Shown here: positions 30,268-39,375 of the stretch, piece after piece
Numbering within the stretch: the stretch's first letter is position 1
How the letters are laid out: each line of letters starts with the position of its first letter
Virus record (IMG/VR): IMGVR_UViG_3300021197_000592
Span: 34,439-98,438 of that record
Length of the DNA: 64,000 nucleotides
Strand: one strand, 5' to 3'
From: a virus
Position numbers and translations under genes: made by a program
Notes under the pieces: generated by a model
The model's input: the letters and a program-made list of their open reading frames with translations, nothing else
The model's database searches: none
Told to the model about the DNA's origin: nothing

Positions 30268-30393
30268 TTAACTTTTTTTAGCGGCAATTTTTTTTCCATA
30301 TAATCTCTCACAAGTGGCACAATATGTGAATGACTTTCTGGTCATTCTGCGTTCGCACCTAGCGCATTTGTATTCGTCATCGAGCAATCTCAA
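30268..30393 (-). CDS. Small zinc-finger protein (41 aa, TTG start)
   Basis: ..YKCARCERR..YCATCERLYG.. (CxxC-x11-CxxC); below the ORF-track cutoff. Confidence 0.5.
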   Translation of the reverse strand: MRLLDDEYKCARCERRMTRKSFTYCATCERLYGKKIAAKKS

Positions 30394-30441
30394 AATGAAA
30401 CCCCATTGCAAATATGAAACGCAGTTAAGCGTTCTACCCCC

Positions 30442-30645
30442 CTATTGCGAAGACGCATATTCAATATCCAAATCTTCGTAGTCTTCGGGTACATCATTCC
30501 ATTGGTTCAGCCATGCATACTCTCGCATCATTGCACCAAAGGCAAACAATCCGAGGGTCAGGGCGAAGAACAACAGAATGAGTATAGGTCGAACATCACC
30601 CCAACCTACCAAATCACCCGATGCTACGTCATTTACTGTAAACAT
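30442..30645 (-). CDS. Small membrane protein
   Basis: One hydrophobic TM segment, acidic tail, GGAGCG RBS. Confidence 0.6.
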   Translation of the reverse strand: MFTVNDVASGDLVGWGDVRPILILLFFALTLGLFAFGAMMREYAWLNQWNDVPEDYEDLDIEYASSQ

Positions 30646-30649
30646 TTTA

Positions 30650-30910
30650 TCACGCTCCTAGTTCGTTATTTCTTACAATCTGACAACAGAAGCGAATCTT
30701 CTGTGTCGAATGTAAATTCCAAAAGTGGTCATCATCCACCTTGAATTGCGCTTCTATGTATGTGCAAAGTTCTCTTCGTGACATCACTTCAAAATCTTCG
30801 TCAATCTCTAGACCTAATACCGGACCTGTCTCATGGACTAGTTTCCTATCTAACCAAACATAGGTGTTACCCATGATGGAAAGTAGTTTCTTAATTATCC
30901 ACTGACGCAC
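30650..30910 (-). CDS. Hypothetical protein
   Basis: 86 aa, GGAGAG RBS before GTG. Confidence 0.6.
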   Translation of the reverse strand: MRQWIIKKLLSIMGNTYVWLDRKLVHETGPVLGLEIDEDFEVMSRRELCTYIEAQFKVDDDHFWNLHSTQKIRFCCQIVRNNELGA

Positions 30911-30964
30911 GATATATCTCTCCTTGATTGTATAATATTTTGAAATTTATGTCTGTAGTGAAAA

Positions 30965-31077
30965 TCATCTGACCTGTGCCACCCAATAATCCCAATTCCA
31001 ATCTGGATGTTTTTTCTTCATCGAATCAATATGCCTATCTTTCTCATTAGCCACTCGGTTTTCCTCCCGACATCCAT
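30965..31077 (-). CDS. Two coupled micro-ORFs (19 aa 31077-31018; 18 aa 31021-30965)
   Basis: MDVGRKTEWLMRKIGILIR and MKKKHPDWNWDYWVAQVR joined by an ATGA overlap, downstream of an AT-rich promoter-like stretch. Confidence 0.35.
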
Positions 31078-31333
31078 GTAGTGTAGAATTTACACCACTA
31101 GTTATTTTACTTTTTTATTAGATGTGAAGGTTTTTCATGTTTAATGCAGAGTTTCGATAGAACCGCGACAGGTTTCTAGTGTGAAAAATCACACATTTCC
31201 GAGGTTTATATGCGGATAGAACGGGTAGTTACACAGAAAAAACATTTATTCCTAATGCAGAACGAATTCGTGAGGATTCGACTAGTAAAAGCCACAATTT
31301 TTGCGATAAAAAAAGCAGAGCCTTGGCCGAAAA

Positions 31334-31468
31334 TTAATCCGACCAAAGCCCCTTACATTCTCTACACTGCCAAATCTTCATCTTGGCAGGAGAGCCTACT
31401 ATCTGTCCCTGTATGCGAATGGGTATGGTTGTCTTACCACAGAACCTACATGTTTCCTTGAGAGCCAC
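31334..31468 (-). CDS. Zn-ribbon protein (44 aa)
   Basis: MALKETCRFCG...WQCRECKGLWSD; followed by a T7 tract on the - strand (terminator-like, ~31309-31315). Confidence 0.6.
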   Translation of the reverse strand: MALKETCRFCGKTTIPIRIQGQIVGSPAKMKIWQCRECKGLWSD

Positions 31469-31613
31469 GTTCCATCTCCTCAGAAATTAACTTGTCCATG
31501 TACTCTTCTATATTAGTCTCTGAATACTTAGAACCACCAAACGCGGCAAAGAAAAGTAAACTAATTATCATCACAAATACTGTCCATGCTACCCACTCTA
31601 ATGCTGTTGCCAT
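31446..31613 (-). CDS. Small single-TM membrane protein (55 aa)
   Basis: MATALEWVAWTVFVMIISLLFFAAFGG...; TAATG coupling to the exonuclease. Confidence 0.6.
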   Translation of the reverse strand: MATALEWVAWTVFVMIISLLFFAAFGGSKYSETNIEEYMDKLISEEMERGSQGNM

Positions 31614-32206
31614 TACCAATCAACTCCTAAATCGAGGACTTCCTCTTGGTCTATGGAGAACCCCTTTACCATTTGATTGTTTTGGCCGTATTGCCAAAGG
31701 TCATACACTAATTGACAGTCTTTTAGACAGTAATCTGCTACCTCTGAGTACCCTCCGGCCTTCCATACTTCGGGAGCCATTGCACTCTCCATCATCTTGT
31801 CAGTACCAAGGGTATGTTGTACCAAGTTCGATAGCGAGTATCTTTCTCCGTATTCTTTGTTAAGTATTCTACTAGTGTCGATATATGCTCTGTTATCCAG
31901 ATACTTCTTAATGCAATAGATATCCATTGCGTTCTTCAATACAGGCAAGTCGAAGCCAGCGATATTGTGACCAAGCAATGTGCCTCCTTTCTCAAGGTGG
32001 TCATCCAAATCAAACTTCAATTGTGAAAGAGGCTTGACTTCTATGTTGCTTTTCTTCAAGTCATCTACTGCTTTGTCGATGTAAATGGTTCCCTTATCTC
32101 CATCCCATGTGCATACCGTTGACACTTGAAACATATGGGTATTACCCCAGCCGCCTATGTCGTGAGACATGTTCTTTGTTTCCAAGTCTATTGCTAAAAC
32201 GCTCAT
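31613..32206 (-). CDS. DEDD/RNase H-like 3'-5' exonuclease
   Basis: ExoI AIDLET, ExoII GHNIAGFD, ExoIII YCLKD. Confidence 0.85.
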   Translation of the reverse strand: MSVLAIDLETKNMSHDIGGWGNTHMFQVSTVCTWDGDKGTIYIDKAVDDLKKSNIEVKPLSQLKFDLDDHLEKGGTLLGHNIAGFDLPVLKNAMDIYCIKKYLDNRAYIDTSRILNKEYGERYSLSNLVQHTLGTDKMMESAMAPEVWKAGGYSEVADYCLKDCQLVYDLWQYGQNNQMVKGFSIDQEEVLDLGVDW

Positions 32207-32475
32207 TTCTTGCCCTCATCACCAGACCATAACTCTGCAATCTTACTTTGCTTAGTTTGTTCAGGGTCGGGAGCCTCTAGCATTGTAGCCTTTTTCATCC
32301 AAGCAACGATGTATTCACCATCGTTGATAGTAACCATCGTAGCCAATTCCCAACCTTCAGCGCCGTCAGTATTCAGGGATTCTAGAATAACTTTGGGTCC
32401 ATCACTGGTGTTAAAGACAACATATTTGTTCTCAACTATCCTACTCATTGCCCTCTGCCTCCTTGAACCGCACAT
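32203..32475 (-). CDS. DUF4177-like small protein
   Basis: KY...LNTDGAEGWEL motif; true start probably MSRIVE. Confidence 0.55.
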   Translation of the reverse strand: MCGSRRQRAMSRIVENKYVVFNTSDGPKVILESLNTDGAEGWELATMVTINDGEYIVAWMKKATMLEAPDPEQTKQSKIAELWSGDEGKK

Positions 32476-33916
32476 AAGCCCTTCGCCCTATCATCTTTGT
32501 CTCAAAATTGTCGCCTAAGTCATTGAACCATCGATAAACAGTGGCTTGTCCCTTACGACTTTCCTTTCTAACGGAGTCTAACATCGCTGTTTTATTCACC
32601 CAATCATCGTTTCCTTTGCGTAGTTGCTTGTATGTTTTCTTGAATACTGCTAGGTTTGCCCTGTCCCTCAATCCATTCGCCTGAACCTTAAGAGCCATAT
32701 CCAACCAAGAAACCAATGATTGATAGCACTGTCTTACTAGGAACGAAGCCTGTCTTACGTTTCTCTCAGTAACTATGAATCTCTTTGATTTGTCTTTGAT
32801 GCTCGGTGCTTCTGCTATTGCAGAGAGAACTGCCATCCTGATTAGAGTACCATTCAACCTAGTGATGAAGTTGCTTGCAATCTCAAATACTTCGGGTCTA
32901 CTGTTGGTAACGTAATTACGCATCTTCCATGATTCGTTCTTCAAGGCATCTATGACACCATCGCCGAACTTCACTGTGGACAACGGGTCTTCCCCGCCCT
33001 CCTCGTAGTGTTCCTTCAATACCTCATACATCTTCACGAAGTTGTTGGCGAACTTAGTGATGGGCAAGTCTCTGTTTCTAATTGTGCCTACCTCTTCCAA
33101 TATAGCATCACGAAGTTCATCCTGAATCGTCTGAGGAACTTCACGGATGTAGATAGCACATCTCTGAATCACACCCTTTTCAGCAATAACACCAGTTAGT
33201 GACTTGGGGATGTATGTCGTAGCGAACAACGACCTTCTACATCTGCACTCAATAGTATCTCCTTCCTTGAGTTTCTTTGTAATAATCCAATTCTCACCAT
33301 GTAAAGAATTCATAAATGTGTTAAGATACATCACTACATTCTCTTTGTGCTGTGATTGCTTGAACACACCAGAATACTCAAACTCGTCATACGCCGCTAA
33401 TCCTTCACCTTCCAATGCTCCATCGATTTGAACGGAAACCTGTCTTCTGACTGTATTGCCGTTATCATCCTCTTCCTCTTCAAAGTCACTTCCCATAGAA
33501 CCAACTAGTGCCGCATCGGTAGTATCCTTCACTGAGAATATGTCAAACTGCGTGCGATGCTTCTGATTGATTAGGTCAAACGTCAATCTGGACACAGGCC
33601 CAAAGAAATCGTACAATGTGGACTTACCAGTGCCGGATGTCTGCATCCATAGGAACTGTATCCTAGTGTCGTCTACTCTCCTACCGTGTGGTATTGCAAC
33701 CATGTCCTTGCATAACTGCCCTAGTAGGACATAGAAAGACATGGCAGAGGGAACCGGATTGTGCAGAGATACCTCCGATGCACTTCTCATGTATGCCTCT
33801 ACTACCTTCGGTAGAACCGACTGTTGCGTTCTTCTCTGTATCTGAGCAAAGGATGCTTTGTTCTCCTGTTGTTCAAAATACAGTCTGTCATCTTCATCAT
33901 TATCATATATTTCCAT
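32441..33916 (-). CDS. MCM-like AAA+ replicative helicase
   Basis: Walker A TSGTGKS, LVGS..GAL, Walker B AAYDEF, R-finger VIQR, IRMA, C-terminal winged helix. Confidence 0.7.
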   Translation of the reverse strand: MEIYDNDEDDRLYFEQQENKASFAQIQRRTQQSVLPKVVEAYMRSASEVSLHNPVPSAMSFYVLLGQLCKDMVAIPHGRRVDDTRIQFLWMQTSGTGKSTLYDFFGPVSRLTFDLINQKHRTQFDIFSVKDTTDAALVGSMGSDFEEEEDDNGNTVRRQVSVQIDGALEGEGLAAYDEFEYSGVFKQSQHKENVVMYLNTFMNSLHGENWIITKKLKEGDTIECRCRRSLFATTYIPKSLTGVIAEKGVIQRCAIYIREVPQTIQDELRDAILEEVGTIRNRDLPITKFANNFVKMYEVLKEHYEEGGEDPLSTVKFGDGVIDALKNESWKMRNYVTNSRPEVFEIASNFITRLNGTLIRMAVLSAIAEAPSIKDKSKRFIVTERNVRQASFLVRQCYQSLVSWLDMALKVQANGLRDRANLAVFKKTYKQLRKGNDDWVNKTAMLDSVRKESRKGQATVYRWFNDLGDNFETKMIGRRAYVRFKEAEGNE

Positions 33917-34600
33917 TTATATCACCTGTTTATCTTCTGAGTTTAACAACCCATGAATTCTTTCTGCTAACACCTTGCCGAACCCATCTAGCATAGCAAT
34001 CTCCGATGGTGGCGTTTCTCCTATTTCCATAACAGAACCAAACTCATCAATGAGTAGTTTGGCTTTCTTCTCACTTATTCCCGGTATGGTTGTGAGTACA
34101 TCTAATCTCAAATCAGTGGTACTGATTCTCTTTTGTTTAATCAGTCTAGGATTGTACACATCCCTAGCGATTGGTTGCATCTTGCAGACCACACAAATCA
34201 TGTGAGCCGCAGTCTTCGCATCTTTGACCCATAGGATGCTTGAGTCCAAATCAAGTATTATCTTACCCATAGCCCCATGAAACTTATTGGATACCGTGTT
34301 GAAGTGTCCTTGACCATATGCCTTGTAGGAATCGAATGCTGACTTGAAGTCACCATGCACAATCACCACGTTGTTGTCGAATGCTCTATCCATGTTGTCT
34401 AGTTGGTTCCACAGTCTCTTGTTCATCACGGACTGTAGGAAATCAAACGAAGATTTGGCTTCAAAACAAACGTCATTGAAAACATAGTCACCAATGTCCA
34501 ACCATACCTTCTCGTATGGGATGTTCATCTTCGTAGCCTTGTCGATAACATAAGCAGTCAAATCAGAGTCTTCCCTACTATCAATAACTAACTTACTCAT
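33917..34600 (-). CDS. ERCC4/XPF-family nuclease with HhH
   Basis: VIDSRE, GDYV, EAKS..DF..S, RL..QL; two HhH motifs (IPGISEKKA, LDGFGKVLA). Confidence 0.9.
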   Translation of the reverse strand: MSKLVIDSREDSDLTAYVIDKATKMNIPYEKVWLDIGDYVFNDVCFEAKSSFDFLQSVMNKRLWNQLDNMDRAFDNNVVIVHGDFKSAFDSYKAYGQGHFNTVSNKFHGAMGKIILDLDSSILWVKDAKTAAHMICVVCKMQPIARDVYNPRLIKQKRISTTDLRLDVLTTIPGISEKKAKLLIDEFGSVMEIGETPPSEIAMLDGFGKVLAERIHGLLNSEDKQVI

Positions 34601-35588
34601 CGTGATACCTCCAACACTTGCCTACACAATATCCCTGTGGTATCAATACGTTCTTGCAACCGGGAGCATGATACCCACGGTTGACGATAAAATCCACATG
34701 GCTCTTCGTTTTAGCCTCATCCCAATCCAACCATATCTCATCATTACTGGCAATGGTTGTCAGTTCATTCATTATTCTACTAGTAATTTGCTTCCTTGAA
34801 TCCATGTCCACATCACGCACACCAAGGCTCAACAAGTCACGATACCACTGAACCAGATACACCCTAGCATAGTGACTAGGGTTCTCTACAGTGATAGCAT
34901 TGTGCAAACAGGGAAGTATCGGTAGAGTACCTAATGACTCAGGCACTTCTATCTCTACTTCTGATATTGCGACTGGCTTTACTTTCGGCCATCGTATTAG
35001 TTTGTCACCAAACTGGAAGCGGCTAAGTGGGTGTCCGTTTCGACCCATATCTATATGCCAATCTCTAGGATTGACGGGCATACAATATAGACCATCTGTG
35101 CTAAGATTCATCGTATTAGGAATCCTACGAAGTCTATTGGTTTGTATGCCAGTTCTATCAAGCGTAGGGTAATCCTTAGCCATCTCGGAATAATACCGTT
35201 GAACGCTTCGGATATCATCAGCCAACTCACCGTAAGCGATGATGTGAAATCCTTTCCCCGAAAATATAGTGTCATGCTTGATATTGTTACTACGGAAGTA
35301 TTCGTGGACTGCCCTGAAATCCTCATACGCATTCTTAAGAGGCTCATCATGAGCATCGAAATCTAGAAACATTCTATCTATTACGACAGATGAATCCACC
35401 TTCGCATTGTCAGTGAAATCAGCATAGTCATACACTGTCGTATAGCAGTTCATCCTACCGTTGTAGGTGTTAACCCAATCAACGAATTCCTGCTTACTCT
35501 TCACTATTCTTCTTTTCATTTGTGGTGCGTTTCTTAGGTGACTTCCTGCCCACACTTCCCTTGGGAACCTCATTCTTATCTCCTCCAT
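34593..35588 (-). CDS. AEP primase, PriS catalytic domain fused to PriL-like Fe-S domain
   Basis: FLDFD, SGKGFH, RLRRIPNT; C-terminal LPC..H..R..GC..YC..C. Confidence 0.85.
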   Translation of the reverse strand: MEEIRMRFPREVWAGSHLRNAPQMKRRIVKSKQEFVDWVNTYNGRMNCYTTVYDYADFTDNAKVDSSVVIDRMFLDFDAHDEPLKNAYEDFRAVHEYFRSNNIKHDTIFSGKGFHIIAYGELADDIRSVQRYYSEMAKDYPTLDRTGIQTNRLRRIPNTMNLSTDGLYCMPVNPRDWHIDMGRNGHPLSRFQFGDKLIRWPKVKPVAISEVEIEVPESLGTLPILPCLHNAITVENPSHYARVYLVQWYRDLLSLGVRDVDMDSRKQITSRIMNELTTIASNDEIWLDWDEAKTKSHVDFIVNRGYHAPGCKNVLIPQGYCVGKCWRYHDE

Positions 35589-35898
35589 TAAAATTTACAT
35601 TCGCATTCATTAGTTCTTCTTTCAGGTATTGCGCTACCCAAGCCTTCAATGTGTTCTGTCTTACAACCCAAAACAAATCGCCAAAGGTCTGATACAAAGG
35701 CATACCATCACCTGTTGTTTCCTTCATCGTTTCTACGATGGGTTCTCCTTCACATAATCTAGTGATGAAACCGTAGTCCAGTTCCTTCTCTAGGATATCG
35801 GCAAACTCCTTCACAATGCCTTCCATGTTCTGCAAGTCTGCAAAAGTCCACTCCTTTTCGTTCAACAATTCTTTAACTCTATTTTCTATTTTTTCCAT
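35494..35898 (-). CDS. Hypothetical protein
   Basis: 134-aa ORF within the operon. Confidence 0.55.
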   Translation of the reverse strand: MEKIENRVKELLNEKEWTFADLQNMEGIVKEFADILEKELDYGFITRLCEGEPIVETMKETTGDGMPLYQTFGDLFWVVRQNTLKAWVAQYLKEELMNANVNFNGGDKNEVPKGSVGRKSPKKRTTNEKKNSEE

Positions 35899-36087
35899 TT
35901 ATATCAACTCAAATACTTTCGCTATCAATACTAACGACAGGAATATGTTCACCCCTGCCGCTAAAGTCCTAAACAAGGCCATCGTAGCGAAATGGTCTTG
36001 CCCCCAATGTTCTATGTCATCTCCGTTCAGAACCACTCCCCCAACGTGCTTTGGCTCAAATCCCTCTTTATCTGCATTGTGTCCCAA
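35899..36087 (-). CDS. Small membrane protein (start uncertain)
   Basis: C-terminal hydrophobic helix; stop abuts next start. Confidence 0.4.
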   Translation of the reverse strand: MGHNADKEGFEPKHVGGVVLNGDDIEHWGQDHFATMALFRTLAAGVNIFLSLVLIAKVFELI

Positions 36088-36899
36088 CCCATCGCTCTGA
36101 AAACCGGCTCTGCCTTCTTAACAACTGAATCAGCATAGTGCGCCCAATCCGGGTCATACACATCAAAGTCAGCCTCAGTCAAACCTGCCACATAGTTAGG
36201 TGTGACATAATCCTGCTTAATTGGATGCCAATACTTGATGTGCCTCTCTTTGACTCTGAGAAAGAGATACGAGTCCTCAATAGGAATATCATTCATAGTG
36301 TTGTAGTAAACAACTCCCTCGACACCAGCACCAACTGTTGGCCTCTTACCCTCAAGGGTTTGAAGGTTCAAGTTGTTACAACATGGTCCCTTGGTCAACT
36401 CATTCAGAGTCTTCTTCCTCTTGCAATTAGAACACTTAACTGAAAACCTAGCCTCTCTATATCGACTACGCTTCAATACCTCACTAATCGGAATCTGTCC
36501 TGATAAAACTTGATTATATCTATCTCTCAAAAAATCCGCTATTTCTTGTTCAGTATTATTCTCAACCCACATGTTGAGTACAGCCAACTGAGTTTCTTTC
36601 GCAAGTTTGGTTTCTGATAATCTCTTAGCAGTAAACCCTGTCATCACGAACTCTTTCTCATCCAAGAACTTACCATCCTTCCAAGTAATCAAACCAGCAT
36701 TCCTGTTCTTCGTTGCTCCAACACCTAGACTCTCAAAGTATTTCTCAAACTCTATGGCGACTGGATGTTCATCTAACTCTAGTAAGTTGGGAAAGAACTT
36801 TCTGACATGTTCATTCAGTTCCTCAAGCACTCCTTCTGCTTGCTCTACTGAATCGACAGTACAGTATATCGAATCTGTATGTCCATAAACCACCTTCAT
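36027..36899 (-). CDS. polB: Family B DNA polymerase, C-terminal half (motif C, thumb, PIP box)
   Basis: Begins KVVYGHTDS; EFEKYF..KNRNAG..GF..KR; CxxC/CC insert; ends QSTLGEWF (PIP). Confidence 0.9.
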   Translation of the reverse strand: MKVVYGHTDSIYCTVDSVEQAEGVLEELNEHVRKFFPNLLELDEHPVAIEFEKYFESLGVGATKNRNAGLITWKDGKFLDEKEFVMTGFTAKRLSETKLAKETQLAVLNMWVENNTEQEIADFLRDRYNQVLSGQIPISEVLKRSRYREARFSVKCSNCKRKKTLNELTKGPCCNNLNLQTLEGKRPTVGAGVEGVVYYNTMNDIPIEDSYLFLRVKERHIKYWHPIKQDYVTPNYVAGLTEADFDVYDPDWAHYADSVVKKAEPVFRAMGWDTMQIKRDLSQSTLGEWF

Positions 36900-36994
36900 T
36901 CTTCCTCATCTCCTAATTGCTTTCGCAGTTGCTTCACGTTCATCTTACCTTGGTTCAGTCTATGCATCATAGACCAGTACATACCAGAATTCAT
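36896..36994 (-). CDS. Micro-ORF (32 aa) between polB halves
   Basis: MNSGMYWSMMHRLNQGK...DEEE; ATGA overlaps at both ends. Confidence 0.5.
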   Translation of the reverse strand: MNSGMYWSMMHRLNQGKMNVKQLRKQLGDEEE

Positions 36995-37227
36995 TCTTCT
37001 CTCTCCATATACTCTGGATGTTCTTTCGGCAACTTATGTTGCCTCCTATCCATCATGTTTCGTAGATATCCACTGATGTTAGTTGCGCCCTTTCTGAATC
37101 TCTTCTCGGCAACCTTGTCTCCTTCTGGAACCATATCAGCCATCAGACCATCTAACCATGCTCTACGTCCAACCCATTCTAGTATCTCATATTCCACATG
37201 GGCTACGCTTCTTGCTCTACGGGTCAT
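36991..37227 (-). CDS. Hypothetical protein between polB halves
   Basis: 78 aa, ATGA overlaps. Confidence 0.6.
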   Translation of the reverse strand: MTRRARSVAHVEYEILEWVGRRAWLDGLMADMVPEGDKVAEKRFRKGATNISGYLRNMMDRRQHKLPKEHPEYMEREE

Positions 37228-37442
37228 TCTTCCTCACCCCCAAGTGCGACATTATCTATCCAGTCTCTAATGTAGCCCCAACTCTTCAAATCTTCTTCGG
37301 TCCAAGGGTTTCTCATCTTGATGACATCACCAACTAATTGATTGATGCATCTAGGACATACCATGCCGTGTGTAGTGCTTTGTAGGGTTATTACACCTTT
37401 AACATCATTACCACCTACTCTATTACAAATTACACATTTCAT
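37224..37442 (-). CDS. Zn-finger protein between polB halves
   Basis: MKCVIC...VCPRC. Confidence 0.6.
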   Translation of the reverse strand: MKCVICNRVGGNDVKGVITLQSTTHGMVCPRCINQLVGDVIKMRNPWTEEDLKSWGYIRDWIDNVALGGEEE

Positions 37443-37537
37443 TTTTTATCCCTCTTTTCCATATTACGTTGGTATCGTTCCCATGTCATGCCTTCATCAA
37501 AGGTCAACCAAGCCCAAAGTTTCTTCAGCCATTTCAC
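37439..37537 (-). CDS. Micro-ORF (32 aa) between polB halves
   Basis: GTG immediately after the polB-N stop: MKWLKKLWAWLTFDEGMTWERYQ...; ATGA overlap downstream. Confidence 0.45.
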   Translation of the reverse strand: MKWLKKLWAWLTFDEGMTWERYQRNMEKRDKK

Positions 37538-39223
37538 TTAACTCATCTCCTTGACTTTGAAAGCGGCTAGACGTATTGCTTCTCTCGCACTAGCAGTGAT
37601 GCAAGCGGCAAGTTCGACATTAGCCCATCCGAATCCTTGATACGCGATGATACCATAGAAAGATGCCATGAGCCTCTTGACTGCAAGTTGGTTATTATTC
37701 CACTTGTTGTAATCACTTTGGGACTCAGCATTCCTCGCCAAGGATTTGTATTCGTTTCTCAGTTGTTTCAACTCTAGAACTGCCTTTGGTAGTAGGCCCA
37801 AATCATCCACCTTGAAATATTTCATATCGTATTCCTTTACATCGCTGAAATCTTTTGGGGTTCTGATATTGACTGCAAACGCAGTAGGTTCTTCCGATAC
37901 GGTTTCCCAACTTATATTCCTAGCGATTATCATAGATGGATACAGTTGTGCGTAGTCGAATGCAGCGACACCTAAATGGAGTCCATTTGTAGACTCACTG
38001 AGAGGGTCATACACCATCGCACCATCATAGGACACCCGCTGCCCTTTCACGCCCGTAGGAGCCTTCCAAGGGGCGTTACGCATGAAGTATATCCCACCCA
38101 TGTTGCTTGCGTAGAAACAAGCATCGAAGGGAGCCTTGAGAAGCCTTTGGAGTGATACGATTGCTTCTGTTGTGTGTTGCATTTCATCTATTCGGACTAA
38201 TAGTTCAACGTCTACTTTAGCATACTCAATATATCTCTGAGTGTCCTCAAGCCATCCTCTAGCAAAGAACTCGTTCTTATCGGGAAACTTTTCACTGACT
38301 AACTTCTTCTGTCCTAGAACAGTTTCAGAAATGTAATCAAGAGCCATTGATGCAAGTGTTCCTCTCTGTGCATCGTTCCATTGTCTCTCAAATGCCAAGT
38401 CAAGCGGAACACAAATTCTACCCTTGATTGGTTGCGATATGGGAGAGTACGAAGTAACTGTTCCTTCATCCATTGTTGGCTTACTCTTGTTCCAAGAGAC
38501 ACCAATAACTTCATTCCACGGTGACATTAGTTTCGGGTCCACTCCATGATACACCATTCTCTCAATCAACTTCGGTAAGTCGAACTTCCAACCGAACCAA
38601 GAGATGAGCATGTCGGGGTCTTTGTCTATCATATCAGATAGGAAGCATATCAACATCTTCTCCTCAGAGTCGAACAGATGGCTAGTTGGAACATCATACC
38701 CTTGCTCCAAGAATGACTCCATGTCTGGTTGCCAAAAGTAAGTACGATACTTCCTATCATAGTTATCATACATGGCGATACATGTGATAGCACCATCATG
38801 CTCACCGCCTTGCATCCACTCCATGTCCCAATACCACTTACGCATCTTGTACTCAGGCATCTCATCGATGCAATCAACAGCGTACCTGTAGTGGTGTGAA
38901 ACATCTGCTTCGTATGTCTCAGGGAAATGATTCCTCAGACGATATGAGTATGATGGTCTTGATGGACTCCAAGTCACCTTTACTAGTTCATCTCCTTCTA
39001 GGCTCTCGTAATCGCCTTCTTCGTATTTCGCTTTCAACTTGAAGTGTCCCCACTTGTCCTTGAACTGAATTGTGCTTTCTTGGCCGTCTTCATACTCAGG
39101 ACTCTTCTTCACGAAGAAGTGTGGTGGAAACTCATGGAAGGAAACCTCCTTGCTCTCTCTTTCAAGAGTCTCGGGGTTTCTCCATCTAAGTCCTATTCCT
39201 TCTTTCACTTTGTCTATTATCAT
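37538..39223 (-). CDS. polB: Family B DNA polymerase, N-terminal half (exonuclease, motifs A and B)
   Basis: WDMEW (ExoI), FDLPKL (ExoII), YAKVD (ExoIII), FDYAQLYPS (motif A), QLAVKRLMASFYG (motif B); stops at AREAI...EMS. Confidence 0.92.
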   Translation of the reverse strand: MIIDKVKEGIGLRWRNPETLERESKEVSFHEFPPHFFVKKSPEYEDGQESTIQFKDKWGHFKLKAKYEEGDYESLEGDELVKVTWSPSRPSYSYRLRNHFPETYEADVSHHYRYAVDCIDEMPEYKMRKWYWDMEWMQGGEHDGAITCIAMYDNYDRKYRTYFWQPDMESFLEQGYDVPTSHLFDSEEKMLICFLSDMIDKDPDMLISWFGWKFDLPKLIERMVYHGVDPKLMSPWNEVIGVSWNKSKPTMDEGTVTSYSPISQPIKGRICVPLDLAFERQWNDAQRGTLASMALDYISETVLGQKKLVSEKFPDKNEFFARGWLEDTQRYIEYAKVDVELLVRIDEMQHTTEAIVSLQRLLKAPFDACFYASNMGGIYFMRNAPWKAPTGVKGQRVSYDGAMVYDPLSESTNGLHLGVAAFDYAQLYPSMIIARNISWETVSEEPTAFAVNIRTPKDFSDVKEYDMKYFKVDDLGLLPKAVLELKQLRNEYKSLARNAESQSDYNKWNNNQLAVKRLMASFYGIIAYQGFGWANVELAACITASAREAIRLAAFKVKEMS

Positions 39224-39371
39224 TGTTTATCATCCTCATTCTCATTGGTAGCACAACGCTATAATTGCACTGACTACAACATCTTCCTTCCTTGACAGGA
39301 GATGCATTGTGACCATGTTTCCATCCATAGTCCTCCTCTTCTATCTCTATGTTGCAAATTACGCACTTCAT
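39186..39371 (-). CDS. Zn-finger protein
   Basis: True start MKCVICN (39371); HNASPV..GRCCSQCN. Confidence 0.6.
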   Translation of the reverse strand: MKCVICNIEIEEEDYGWKHGHNASPVKEGRCCSQCNYSVVLPMRMRMINNDNRQSERRNRT

Positions 39372-39375
39372 GTCA

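Noticed and set aside
36899-37538. Split intein or intron joining the polB halves
   Set aside because: No intein terminal residues or Hint motifs; the gap is filled by ordinary coupled ORFs.
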